A DNA stretch of 62,875 nucleotides, filler included. It is 6 parts of 6 records of this genome, joined end to end, with 100 filler letters (N's around TTAATTAATTAA, not from the genome) between each part and the next. Parts side by side here need not be neighbours in the genome. Positions count along the whole stretch, not along the records: positions 1 to 4,993 come from SRR20825010_6063; positions 5,094 to 22,281 come from SRR20825010_6064; 4 more parts are not named here. The stretch is one strand, 5' to 3'. The translations under genes were made by a program, and so were the position numbers. The notes below the pieces were generated by a model. It searched no databases. It saw nothing but the letters and a program-made list of their open reading frames with translations, and was not told where the DNA came from. Of the stretch, positions 1 to 9,488 are shown piece after piece (the first letter of the stretch is position 1; each line of letters begins with the position of its first letter).

Positions 1-1371
1 CTTCGCGATCATTGCATGGCGGTGATGTATTCCAACCTGACGATCAATGTCAGCCATCTGGCATCGCGTCTGATCATGATGTGGTTGGCTGATGGCGTGA
101 CCAAGGTAGATATCAGCCATTTTGACCGAACGCTTTATCTGGCGATCAAAAACATCCAGCAGGCCGACAATGTCCATCTGCATCGCGGCATGCGGAATCC
201 GGCCGACTATATCGGGATATTTGAACTGAATTGCCCGCAAATCCGGTTTTTTATCGACAATGCAGTTCAACTTGGCCTGATTGAACGTAACGATCACAAA
301 TATTGTTTCCTGCCCAAGCTGCAGGAACAGGCCAATTTTGATCAGATCCGCATGGACAATCCGATCATGGTCTATGCCAATGAAATGGCCCCGATCCATG
401 CCGCCTGGCAGGCACTGGAAAAGGCCCGGGTCGAGGTTGATCATCTCAGCGATATCGACATTGCCCACCGCCGGTTTGATGATGAAATACGGGCATGGCA
501 ATGGAACCGGACAAAATACCAAGACGCCAAATACGACGCCATCAACCAACAGGAAACCGCAACCGCGGATAGCAGCCCCTATTTGCTGCTGCCCAATGGT
601 CAGACTCAGTTTTCCTGCGGGATTTTACTTGTTCACGGCTTCTTGGCATCCCCGGCTGAACTGCGTCAGCTTGGCGAAAAATTTTCGGCCCTTGGCTATG
701 CCGTGATGGGGGTCCGCCTTGCCGGGCACGGAACATCCCCCCACGAACTGCAAAAACGCAAATGGAGCGACTGGCACGCATCTGTCCGCCGCGGATATCA
801 AATACTTTCCCCCTTCTGCGATCAGGTGGTGATGGTTGGTTTTTCCACAGGCGGCGCACTTTCCGTCCTTCAGGCGGCTGACCAACCTGAAAAGCTTACC
901 GGGCTTGTCCTTGCAAGCACGCCACTTAAATTCCGCAACCGTAATCTGATGTTTGTGCCATTGCTATATGGTGCCAACAAGCTGATGGGGTGGATGCCAT
1001 CGGCACAGGAACTGCTGAGCTTCCGACCAAACGAATCGGAACATCCCGACATCAATTACCGCAATATCCCGATTGGCGGCCTGCATCAGTTACGTCAGGC
1101 CGTGGCCGAAATGCAGCAACGCCTCAAGGATGTTAAATGCCCGACCCTGATCCTGCAGGGCGATGGCGATCAGGTGGTTGACCCAGCCAGTGCCACCATG
1201 ATCCAAAGGCTTGCGACCAACGCTGCGGAAATCGATGTCCAAGTCCTGAAATCAGATCGGCATGGCATTGTGAATGAAGATATCGACGGCGCACATGACC
1301 GGATCATTAGGTTTGTCAAACAGCACGCGGCCGCCCCGATGGAGCAGCGCCGCGCTATCTCGGCGGAGTGA
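1..1371 (+). CDS. 5'-truncated fusion protein: acyltransferase-like N-terminal region plus C-terminal alpha/beta-hydrolase (carboxylesterase/monoacylglycerol lipase-like)
   Basis: Frame is open from base 1. The C-terminal ~250 aa carry LLVHGF, RLAGHGT, nucleophile elbow GFSTGG, acid DQVVD and His RHGI. The N-terminal assignment is from recalled similarity only. Confidence 0.7.
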   Translation, partial: LRDHCMAVMYSNLTINVSHLASRLIMMWLADGVTKVDISHFDRTLYLAIKNIQQADNVHLHRGMRNPADYIGIFELNCPQIRFFIDNAVQLGLIERNDHKYCFLPKLQEQANFDQIRMDNPIMVYANEMAPIHAAWQALEKARVEVDHLSDIDIAHRRFDDEIRAWQWNRTKYQDAKYDAINQQETATADSSPYLLLPNGQTQFSCGILLVHGFLASPAELRQLGEKFSALGYAVMGVRLAGHGTSPHELQKRKWSDWHASVRRGYQILSPFCDQVVMVGFSTGGALSVLQAADQPEKLTGLVLASTPLKFRNRNLMFVPLLYGANKLMGWMPSAQELLSFRPNESEHPDINYRNIPIGGLHQLRQAVAEMQQRLKDVKCPTLILQGDGDQVVDPASATMIQRLATNAAEIDVQVLKSDRHGIVNEDIDGAHDRIIRFVKQHAAAPMEQRRAISAE

Positions 1372-1386
1372 ACGCTGCTGCGACTT

Positions 1387-1408
1387 CCACACCCACACCC
1401 ACACCCAC
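1387..1408. repeat. (CCACAC)3.7 short tandem repeat
   Basis: CCACAC CCACAC CCACAC CCAC read directly in the intergenic gap. Confidence 0.85.
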
Positions 1409-1416
1409 GATCATAC

Positions 1417-1464
1417 TTGACCTATGCCTTCTATCACCATAGTTTGGATCCATGGATCCAAACT
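1417..1464 (+). promoter_or_regulatory. sigma70-type promoter overlapped by a 24-bp perfect palindrome (probable GntR operator)
   Basis: TTGACC (1417) - 17 bp - TAGTTT (1440). AGTTTGGATCCATGGATCCAAACT (1441-1464) is self-complementary and contains the ATG. Confidence 0.7.
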
Positions 1465-2078
1465 TGATTACCCAAACACTGCGCAATGAAATCGAAACCG
1501 GGATGCTTGCTCCCGGTTCCGTTCTCAAGCAGGAAGAACTCGCAGAACGGTTCGGCGTCAGTCGCCAACCGATACGTCATGTTCTTGAAGGATTGCGGGC
1601 ATCAGGCCTGCTTGAAAAACGCGCTGATCGCAGCCTTGCCGTCACGCATTTGCGGGCCGAAGACGTGCGTGCGCTTTGCCAAATTCGCATCTCGCTTGAA
1701 ACAACTGCGTTGCGGCTTTCTGCCCCGCATTTAACCGCAAGCGCCGTTCGGAAGGCACGCCGGTTAAATGAAGACCTGTATGAAGAAGAAGACCCGGAAG
1801 TTCTCGCGACGCTGGATCGTGATTTTCACCAGACCCTGTATGGCGCATGTGGCAATGACCGGCTGTTAACCATGATTGCCGATCTGCGCGGTGAGGCAAA
1901 ACGCGCCTATTCCCTGCAGCCCAAAGGATCACGCCCGCGCAGTGCATTTTATGACGAACACCAGAAAATCCTTGATGCCTTGAACGACAATGACATCACC
2001 GGCGCCGCAGAAATCCTTGCCACCCATATCGGGATAACGGCCGGAACCTTGATACCGATTCCGGTTGACCAAACGTAA
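1452..2078 (+). CDS. GntR family transcriptional regulator (FCD domain)
   Basis: N-terminal wHTH LKQEELAERFGVSRQPIR; C-terminal FCD motifs DRDFHQTLY and EHQKILDAL. Confidence 0.92.
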   Translation: MDPNLITQTLRNEIETGMLAPGSVLKQEELAERFGVSRQPIRHVLEGLRASGLLEKRADRSLAVTHLRAEDVRALCQIRISLETTALRLSAPHLTASAVRKARRLNEDLYEEEDPEVLATLDRDFHQTLYGACGNDRLLTMIADLRGEAKRAYSLQPKGSRPRSAFYDEHQKILDALNDNDITGAAEILATHIGITAGTLIPIPVDQT

Positions 2079-2100
2079 TTCCCCCCATCAGGAGCCCCAT

Positions 2101-2559
2101 ATGAGCAGCTTTGGTGCCGAAATCGTCTGGACCCGTTCGGAATCCGAAATTTTTACCGATCGACGATATTCACGCGGGCATGTCTGGCGGTTTGACGGCG
2201 GGGTGGAAGTCCCCGCGTCGTCATCGCCGCATATCGTGCCGCTTCCCTATTCGGTTGAGGCCAATGTCGACCCGGAAGAAGCCTTTGTTGCCGCCCTTTC
2301 AAGCTGCCATATGCTGTTCTTTTTGCATTTCGCATCCGATAGCGGCGTTGTCGTTACTAGCTATAGCGACCAAGCCACAGGTGAAATGGCGACTATCGAC
2401 GGCAAGACCATGATCACGAAAGTCACCCTGAAGCCAAACGTCACCTATGGCGGCAATCCGCCCGACGCCGGCCTTGAGTCCGATCTGCATCACCGCGCCC
2501 ATGAAGCCTGTTTTCTGGCCAATTCGGTTAAGACCGAAATCACGGTTGAACCGGTTTAG
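2101..2559 (+). CDS. OsmC/Ohr family protein
   Basis: AGGAG RBS before ATG 2101; DPEEAFVAALSSCHML and AHEACFLANSV carry the two conserved Cys. Confidence 0.92.
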   Translation: MSSFGAEIVWTRSESEIFTDRRYSRGHVWRFDGGVEVPASSSPHIVPLPYSVEANVDPEEAFVAALSSCHMLFFLHFASDSGVVVTSYSDQATGEMATIDGKTMITKVTLKPNVTYGGNPPDAGLESDLHHRAHEACFLANSVKTEITVEPV

Positions 2560-2564
2560 AAACC

Positions 2565-3359
2565 TTAACCCGCCACTGGTTTTTGCGCACAGATGGCATA
2601 GCGATGCTGCGCACCACGTTCCAGCCCCTTGGCGAAACTGATATGTTTTTTCTGGGCGCTGTGAATTTTTTTCAGGTCGAAATCAACGACAATCGGGTCA
2701 AATCCGGTGCGTTCAAGCAGATTTGAAACCTCATCCGCCTGCGCACCGTTGGAAAAATGCACCCGTGCAAGAATATCGCGGTGTGTCTGCATATGCGGCA
2801 CACCTTCTACGGGTTTGCGCAAACCAAGCTGTTCAAGGAACCCTGCCATTGCCTTGTTGAATTTGCTCGCCCAGGTCGATGAAACAAAATCGCCATCCAC
2901 CACCAAAAGCTTGCCGCCCGGTTTAAGAACGCGAAACCATTCGGCAAAGGCAGCCGCAGGATCAACCAACGTCCACACCAGATGGCGGGTAACGATCACG
3001 TCGTAGCTGTCATCTTCTTCAAGTGTTCTTTCCGCATCGCCCAGCAAGAACCGAATGTTCGAGCCGCGCAATTTTGACTTTGCACGCGCCTTTTCAAGCA
3101 TGGCCTCGGACCAGTCCATGCCGGTCACGGCGAATCCAAGATCATGCATAAGATGGCTGATCACACCGGTTCCACTTGCCAGATCAAGTGCCTTTCGGCC
3201 GTCACCCTTGCCAAAATGACGCTCAAACAACCCATGCCATGCCTGCCGTTCGGCATCGGAAAAAATCTCGTGACCGGGCTGCTCATCGAAGGTCGCAGCA
3301 CGCATTGACCAATATTCCTTGATCTCTTCACGCAGATTGTAATTGCTCGTCTGTTGCAT
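2565..3359 (-). CDS. class I SAM-dependent methyltransferase
   Basis: Motif I ALDLASGTG, GDAE, and RVLKPGG. Confidence 0.9.
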   Translation of the reverse strand: MQQTSNYNLREEIKEYWSMRAATFDEQPGHEIFSDAERQAWHGLFERHFGKGDGRKALDLASGTGVISHLMHDLGFAVTGMDWSEAMLEKARAKSKLRGSNIRFLLGDAERTLEEDDSYDVIVTRHLVWTLVDPAAAFAEWFRVLKPGGKLLVVDGDFVSSTWASKFNKAMAGFLEQLGLRKPVEGVPHMQTHRDILARVHFSNGAQADEVSNLLERTGFDPIVVDFDLKKIHSAQKKHISFAKGLERGAQHRYAICAQKPVAG

Positions 3360-3449
3360 GGTCGGCGGGTCTCTCTCTTTGGCGGAAAACTGCGGTAGTT
3401 ACAGGTTATTCCTGATTTATCAGTTAATATTAAAATAGCAAAATATACT

Positions 3450-3496
3450 ACTGATTTGCATTTTCATTGCGAAACATATTGATTTGCATTCTCAAT
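3450..3496. promoter_or_regulatory. two Fur-box-like iron-regulatory sites
   Basis: ACTGATTTGCATTTTCATT (3450-3468) and ATTGATTTGCATTCTCAAT (3478-3496) resemble the 7-1-7 TGATAATnATTATCA box and lie upstream of an iron-chelate transporter. Confidence 0.6.
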
Positions 3497-3542
3497 ACCT
3501 GATAATCCCTCCGACAGGCAATCCTATTTTGAGGGAACGGGA

Positions 3543-4673
3543 ATGAAATTATTCGGTGCATTTGCAGCGCTGACCATGCTGATCGCAGGAAGCGCACAGG
3601 CAGCAGACTCGGTGACGGTAACCGATGTTGCCGGACGGGAAGTTTCGGTCAAACTACCGGTAGAGCGCGTTATTCTGGGTGAGGGCCGCCTGATTTATGG
3701 TCTGGCAACACTTGATAGCGAAGATCCGTTCAAACGCGTTGTCGGCTGGCGCGACGACCTGAAAAAGGCCGATCCGCAGACTTACGACATCTATGCATCA
3801 AAATATCCGAACATTGACGATATCCCGACCTTTGGCGGCATGAAAGACGGCACGTTCGACGTTGAACAGGCAATTTCGGTCAATCCCGATGTCGTCATTA
3901 TGAACCTTGAAGCCAAGGGTGCTACCGAAGATGGCGGTTTTGACGAAAAACTGGCCGCTGTCGGTATTCCGCTGGTCTATATCGATTTCCGCGAAGCGCC
4001 GATCAAAAACACCGATACCAGCATGAACATTCTTGGCCTGCTGACCGGTCAGGAAGATCGTGCTGCTGAATTCATCAAGTTCCGTTCTGACAGCATCAAG
4101 AACGTGACCGACCGTATTGCCAAGGCAAACCCGGAAAAGCCGCAGGTGTTTATTGAACGCGCAGCAGGCTATTCAGAAGAATGCTGCATGTCATTTGGCA
4201 ATGAAAACTTCGGCACCATGGTTGAAATGGCCGGTGGCGTAAACATCGCCGCAGCGATCATTCCGGGAACCTTTGGCACGATCAACCCAGAACAGGTTGT
4301 CGCATCCAATCCCGATCAAGTCGTTGCGACCGGCGCAAGCTGGGAAGCCTATTCGCCGGGTGGCGCATGGGTTGGCCTTGGCCCGGATGCAGACATGGTT
4401 GAAGCCCGCCGCAAACTGGTTGGCCTGATGGAACGTCCGGCATTCACCGGCATCAAAGCCGTCGAAAACAGCCAGGTCCATGCGGTTTGGCATCAGTTCT
4501 ATAACAGCCCGTATCAGTTTGTTGTGATCGAACAGATGGCCAAATGGTTCCACCCGGACCTGTTTGCCGATCTTGATCCGGAAGCAACGTTCAAGGAATT
4601 GCATGATCGCTTCCTGCCGCTGGATTACCAGCCGGGTTATTTCATCTCAATCAGTGATACCGCCACAAATTGA
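3543..4673 (+). CDS. iron-siderophore/metal-chelate ABC transporter substrate-binding protein (YiuA/TroA-like)
   Basis: Signal peptide ending AQA; VTVTDVAGREV, NPEQVVASNPD and WHQFYNSP motifs; followed by a FecCD permease. Confidence 0.85.
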   Translation: MKLFGAFAALTMLIAGSAQAADSVTVTDVAGREVSVKLPVERVILGEGRLIYGLATLDSEDPFKRVVGWRDDLKKADPQTYDIYASKYPNIDDIPTFGGMKDGTFDVEQAISVNPDVVIMNLEAKGATEDGGFDEKLAAVGIPLVYIDFREAPIKNTDTSMNILGLLTGQEDRAAEFIKFRSDSIKNVTDRIAKANPEKPQVFIERAAGYSEECCMSFGNENFGTMVEMAGGVNIAAAIIPGTFGTINPEQVVASNPDQVVATGASWEAYSPGGAWVGLGPDADMVEARRKLVGLMERPAFTGIKAVENSQVHAVWHQFYNSPYQFVVIEQMAKWFHPDLFADLDPEATFKELHDRFLPLDYQPGYFISISDTATN

Positions 4674-4993
4674 TGACAACCAAACAGATTTCTGTCGAAG
4701 CCGGGAGCGTGCATTACAAGGCACGCTCCCTGCGTCGTTTCTTGATCCTTCTCGGAATGAGCGGGGCCTTGTTTTTGTCTTTTGCCGTCGATCTGGCAAC
4801 CGGACCGGCGAACTATCCGCTATCGGACGTGATTGCCACCTTGCTTGATCCTTGGTCGGCCAGCGATCAGATGCGCGTGGTCATCTGGGACATCCGCATG
4901 CCGGTTGCCTTGATGGCGCTGACGGTGGGGGCTGCCCTTTCAACGGCTGGGGCGCAAATGCAAACCATCCTTGCCAACCCGCTTGCCAGCCCC
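4673..4993 (+). CDS. FecCD family iron-chelate ABC permease, 3'-truncated
   Basis: TGATG overlap with the upstream gene; IWDIRMP and GAQMQTILANPLASP motifs. Confidence 0.88.
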
Positions 4994-5093
4994 NNNNNNN
5001 NNNNNNNNNNNNNNNNNNNNNNNNNNNNNNNNNNNNNTTAATTAATTAANNNNNNNNNNNNNNNNNNNNNNNNNNNNNNNNNNNNNNNNNNNN
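4994..5093. other. artificial contig spacer
   Basis: 44 N + TTAATTAATTAA + 44 N; base composition changes abruptly across it. Confidence 0.98.
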
Positions 5094-5618
5094 CGTACCT
5101 TCCTGTTCAATAGGATTTTGGGTGGCAAATACCAAAAATGGGGGTAACATTTCATAAGTATGTCCGTCCATGGTTATTTGGCGTTCGGCCATGGCTTCAA
5201 ACAAGGCCGCCTGTGTCTTGGCCGGGGCACGGTTTATTTCATCTATCAAAATGATATTGGAAAATAAGGGGCCTTTTTTAAACTCAAATTCCGAGGTCTT
5301 CACATTGAAAATTGAAGTGCCCAAAATGTCGCTTGGCATTAAATCCGGTGTAAATTGGATTCTGCTGAAGTCCACATTCATGGTCTTAGCCAAGAGTTTG
5401 GCAGTAACGGTTTTGGCTACTCCCGGTACCCCCTCAATTAAGGAATGCCCATTGGCAAGGATAGAAATAATCAGTAATTCGATCATTTCCTGTTGCCCAA
5501 TGATAACTCTTCCCAATTCCGCTTTTATCTGTGCCACCGATGTCTGTAGTTGACCAAGGTCTATTCTACTCTTAAATTCTAACGGCTTATGGTCTTCCCC
5601 TTGCTGACTTTCTTCCAT
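5094..5618 (-). CDS. MoxR family AAA+ ATPase, 3'-truncated
   Basis: Walker A EGVPGVAKT, RIQFTPDLMPSD, Walker B ILIDEINRA, ATQNPIEQEGT. Confidence 0.95.
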
Positions 5619-5621
5619 ATA

Positions 5622-6833
5622 TTATTTTTTAAATTGATTTAATTTTTTGTTCAATTGAATTACATCCTGCTCACTGTGATGTTTTTTATTTTTAAGATGC
5701 ACTATCATATCCAATAAACCCTTTACTTCAGACAGTGGTTTGCCCGATCTGCTTGCCAGATCCCTAGCAGTTTTTTCGTTGATAGCTTCAGTATTTAGAT
5801 GATAATTACTTCTAATCTGCTCCAGAAAAAAATTTATCTTTTTAACGATCAAATCTGTAAAATCCCTATGCTCGTAATACAGCCCCCCTACGGTTTTGGC
5901 AAATTCAATGGATGAATTCTCCAAGGGTGTGATCACCGGAATGATCCGTTGCTCCCTTTTGGCCTTGAATATTATAAAAATCAACAGCCCTGCCATACCC
6001 AAGTAATAAGCCCACCTTAAGGATATTTGATTAAGTATAAATCTCATTGGGGAATCAATTACTATCCTTCCTGATTTATTATAATTGTCCCAATATAAAT
6101 CCATATCCTTTAGATAGGATAGGGCATATGCCACATAGTCCTTATTGCCCTTTAGCATATAGTAGTTGGTAAACGCTTGTGGGGTAGTATTCAGGTAAAA
6201 ATGGCCCTTTCCGAATTTAATCTTCACAAAATTGGAGCCCTTGGTTTTTTCATTGGAGCCGGATAGTAAAGGTTCCTGTTCCGAATTAAAGCTAATATAT
6301 CCTAAAACCGTTGTGTTCAATGTGTCTACCGAAGAAAAATGTGTATTGTAAACCCCTCGTTTCAAGGGGTATTTATGTTTGGGAAAGGAATTGTTGGTAA
6401 GATATACATGTACCGTATCCTCTTTTATAGAATATTGGGTTTCTACTTCAATATTCAAGGTGTCCGCCAAATAGGTCCCAAAGTTGGAAGCAGCAATAAA
6501 GGTATCGTTGCCGTCCTGCACGTATTGAAGCAATTTGTTGGTCTCCTGTTTATCCAGGTCCAGAAAATCATTGATCAATATGTAGCTGGAAGCGCTAGTG
6601 GTATCCCTGTCCACTAGGCTATTGTACAAACTTTCGCTGGTAGTGTATATTTTTTGTCCAGGGAATAAATTGGGAAGTTCATTGAACAATATATAGCACC
6701 CAAAAGGTATTTTGTCCGAAGACGTATAGGATGGCCTCCAGTTCAAGGGCTTGGGGCGCACAATTTCAGTTACTATAATACCAATAAGTACAGCAAGAAA
6801 AAGGCCTAGGATTATTTTGGAACGTTTATCCAT
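5622..6833 (-). CDS. DUF4350-type membrane-anchored protein of the MoxR cluster
   Basis: N-terminal TM, DKIPFG motif, second TM followed by KREQRIIP; position in the operon. Confidence 0.75.
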   Translation of the reverse strand: MDKRSKIILGLFLAVLIGIIVTEIVRPKPLNWRPSYTSSDKIPFGCYILFNELPNLFPGQKIYTTSESLYNSLVDRDTTSASSYILINDFLDLDKQETNKLLQYVQDGNDTFIAASNFGTYLADTLNIEVETQYSIKEDTVHVYLTNNSFPKHKYPLKRGVYNTHFSSVDTLNTTVLGYISFNSEQEPLLSGSNEKTKGSNFVKIKFGKGHFYLNTTPQAFTNYYMLKGNKDYVAYALSYLKDMDLYWDNYNKSGRIVIDSPMRFILNQISLRWAYYLGMAGLLIFIIFKAKREQRIIPVITPLENSSIEFAKTVGGLYYEHRDFTDLIVKKINFFLEQIRSNYHLNTEAINEKTARDLASRSGKPLSEVKGLLDMIVHLKNKKHHSEQDVIQLNKKLNQFKK

Positions 6834-7554
6834 GGGTACCTATATTGTTTATGTTGACAAATTTTATCTCTGCGGCCTGATATTTTAGATCGTCTATTTC
6901 CTGTTCGCCGTACCAAATATGGTCGTACAAATAGGAAACATCTTTAAAGAGAAGTCTTATTTTGGGGGCTTCTATTTCTTTTTCGTAGTCTTGGTTAGTT
7001 TTTTCATAATGCCATTCAATGATCCGATGTTGGGACAGTGTTTTTAATACTTTTAGGTATTGATAACGTATGGCCAATCTGTAATTCTTTTGTTGTATGG
7101 CATCATTTATCAAAGCATCAAGATCCAGGCTTTCTATATGTTCCTCGGCCAAGTTTAGATTTATGGTTGCAGCCTCCTTTTTCCTAAATATGGCTGAGGC
7201 ATTTTCACCGGTCAGGAATCTTATTAGCAAGTATATGGCCAAAGCAGCCATTAGTCCATAAATAAGGTATTCCAATATTTTGGTAATCCCCGGGGGAATA
7301 TCAATACCAAAAACATTCCTGAGTCCGTTCATAACCCAATTGAGAAAACGGGCCAGGAAATTTTGTGATTCCCCGTCCCTGATATCGTAGTCAAATTCTT
7401 TACCCTGATATTTTTGCGTTAGATTTTCATCGAATGTTCTCAATAGCAATTTACTGTTGGTATCCTGGGTTAAGGGTACCGAATCTTTTTCCACTTGGGC
7501 CAACCCGGAGAATAGGACAAAAAAACAGTAAATGGAGGCAGCTAATTTTATCAC
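6826..7554 (-). CDS. DUF4129-type protein
   Basis: Signal peptide, one TM, and YRLAIRYQYL...KTNQDY...YDHIWYG. Confidence 0.75.
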   Translation of the reverse strand: MIKLAASIYCFFVLFSGLAQVEKDSVPLTQDTNSKLLLRTFDENLTQKYQGKEFDYDIRDGESQNFLARFLNWVMNGLRNVFGIDIPPGITKILEYLIYGLMAALAIYLLIRFLTGENASAIFRKKEAATINLNLAEEHIESLDLDALINDAIQQKNYRLAIRYQYLKVLKTLSQHRIIEWHYEKTNQDYEKEIEAPKIRLLFKDVSYLYDHIWYGEQEIDDLKYQAAEIKFVNINNIGTHG

Positions 7555-8501
7555 TGGTCTTGAAGTCCTATTTGGTCTATTTTGTTTCTTGAATTAAGAT
7601 TATATGTTTTTTCGTGCAGGGAAAAATACAACAGCCCATTTACGAACTGTGATAAACATTGTGAATAAACCGCTATTATCAAGAATAGGCAGGTGCCCAA
7701 AGTGTAAATGACGGTAGGTACCACTGAAGCCCCCAGATCAACATCGTTTTGAACTACGTGAAAAGTGTATATTCCGATAAGAATCCCTGGAATCATAATG
7801 ACCACCATGAACAAAAGGCCAATTAAGAACCCTAGGATAAAATTAACGCCCACAGACCTCCAGAAATTTTTGGTAACCAAGTTCCAACCTTCCCCAAGGG
7901 CATCGGTAACACCTCTTTTTTCTTTCAGCATCACAAAAAAAGAGACTCCAACCCAAGCCATTACAAAGTATTGAATTACATATTGGGCAAGCATACCTGC
8001 CAGCGGTATAAAGGTCAGGACTATGGCTGCGATCATGAGGCCAAAAAAGAGCAGTATCAAAATCAAAATAAAAACAATGATACTTCCTAGATTGTTTTTT
8101 ATTTCTTCCCAAACTTCTGTCTTATCAAAATTCTGTCCTTTTCGTTCTTCATATTTTATCATATAAGACGTGCTGAGGCTATAATTTAGGACCGCTACCA
8201 TTAGAAATATTATAAAGAATAAAATTCCTCCAAAAATAAAATACATTAAATAGGCTTCGCTGCCGGAACCTACTGCATCCAAGACAGTATTTTCGTTATT
8301 GGTGATTAGGCCAATTACCCCGGATACCAGCAAATAGCTTACGACTAATAGTCCGATAAGAAAAATACCATTGTAGCTTAGAAAAACATTGGTGAATTTT
8401 TTAAGGTTCTGTTTAAAGAATTCGAAGTAAACATTGATGATATCCCCAAAGTCCCTATTAACTCTTAGTTCAATAAATTTTTCCTGATTTTCGACTTGCA
8501 T
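7551..8501 (-). CDS. multi-pass membrane protein of the MoxR cluster
   Basis: About six hydrophobic segments; overlaps both neighbours. Confidence 0.75.
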   Translation of the reverse strand: MQVENQEKFIELRVNRDFGDIINVYFEFFKQNLKKFTNVFLSYNGIFLIGLLVVSYLLVSGVIGLITNNENTVLDAVGSGSEAYLMYFIFGGILFFIIFLMVAVLNYSLSTSYMIKYEERKGQNFDKTEVWEEIKNNLGSIIVFILILILLFFGLMIAAIVLTFIPLAGMLAQYVIQYFVMAWVGVSFFVMLKEKRGVTDALGEGWNLVTKNFWRSVGVNFILGFLIGLLFMVVIMIPGILIGIYTFHVVQNDVDLGASVVPTVIYTLGTCLFLIIAVYSQCLSQFVNGLLYFSLHEKTYNLNSRNKIDQIGLQDQ

Positions 8502-9450
8502 AAGATTGGTTTAACAAAATGGGATAAATGATGTAATAAAAAATAATCAGCAATAATGAACAGCCTATAATTAAAAACGCCAACCAAGAGGGCATATTGG
8601 AATAGCGGGTAATAAACCCTTCAATAAAACCGGCAATTATAAAAAAGGGAATGGTGCTGACCACGACCTTTAGTCCGTCCTTGGCCCCTTTCATAAAAGA
8701 AACCCTTCTAGAATAGGTTTTGGGAAATAGGATACTATTCCCCATGATCAATCCGGCACAACCGGCAATGATAATGACGGAAATCTCTATGGTGCCGTGC
8801 AGCCAAATCTGCTTGTTTGCCTGATAAAAGACATCCTGGGTGTAAAAAAAAGTAATAAAAGCACCTAGCATTACACCATTGCTGAATAGAATATAGGCGG
8901 TGCCGATACTGGTAATTACCCCAAAGGAAAAGGCCATAAAGGCTACTTTAATATTGTTTATGGTAATTCCTAAAAAAGTGCCAATTTCACTGCCCCCTTT
9001 GTATATGGCCGTAGGGTCTCCACTTGCTATATTGTTGAGGGTTTCATTAACATAGGCATCACCAAGGATTAATCTCACAAAGGTATCATCGTTCATAACG
9101 GAAATACTTCCTATTGCAGAGGCAATCATAAAGATTAGAAAGGCGATGCCCAAGGTTTTATGATATTGCCTAAAGAAAAGTGGGAATTCCGTTTTCCAAA
9201 AATCCACTATTCTGTTCCGATTCTCCTTTTTGTTTTTATATATTTTTTGATGGGCCTGGGAGGCCAAGGAATTTAAGTACAATAATGTCTTGCTTTCCGC
9301 GTAATAAGTCTGTGCATAGGCAAGGTCGTTGGTCAGTTGAATGTAACCATTGGCAAGTTCGTCCGGGCTAATGTGGGCATTATAGTTGATAGCCTTTTCA
9401 AATGCTATCCATTTTTCTTTATTTTGCTTCACAAAAGCTGCCTCACGCAT
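8470..9450 (-). CDS. stage II sporulation protein M (DUF95) family membrane protein
   Basis: DLAYAQTYY, NNIKVAF, IWLHGTIE and AGFIEGFIT motifs. Confidence 0.85.
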   Translation of the reverse strand: MREAAFVKQNKEKWIAFEKAINYNAHISPDELANGYIQLTNDLAYAQTYYAESKTLLYLNSLASQAHQKIYKNKKENRNRIVDFWKTEFPLFFRQYHKTLGIAFLIFMIASAIGSISVMNDDTFVRLILGDAYVNETLNNIASGDPTAIYKGGSEIGTFLGITINNIKVAFMAFSFGVITSIGTAYILFSNGVMLGAFITFFYTQDVFYQANKQIWLHGTIEISVIIIAGCAGLIMGNSILFPKTYSRRVSFMKGAKDGLKVVVSTIPFFIIAGFIEGFITRYSNMPSWLAFLIIGCSLLLIIFYYIIYPILLNQSYASRKSGKIY

Positions 9451-9488
9451 ACTGGGATAATCCTTTAAGAAATAAAAATAGTACTAAT

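Noticed and set aside
5038..5049. Recurring TTAATTAATTAA flanked by N runs as a biological repeat or CRISPR-like array
   Set aside because: Identical 100-bp structure at every contig junction; it is an assembly linker. ORFs ending in X...LIN are artefacts of it.
9402..9488. N-terminal extension of the RDD ORF
   Set aside because: Overlaps the divergent SpoIIM gene; ATG 9489 gives a typical family N-terminus.
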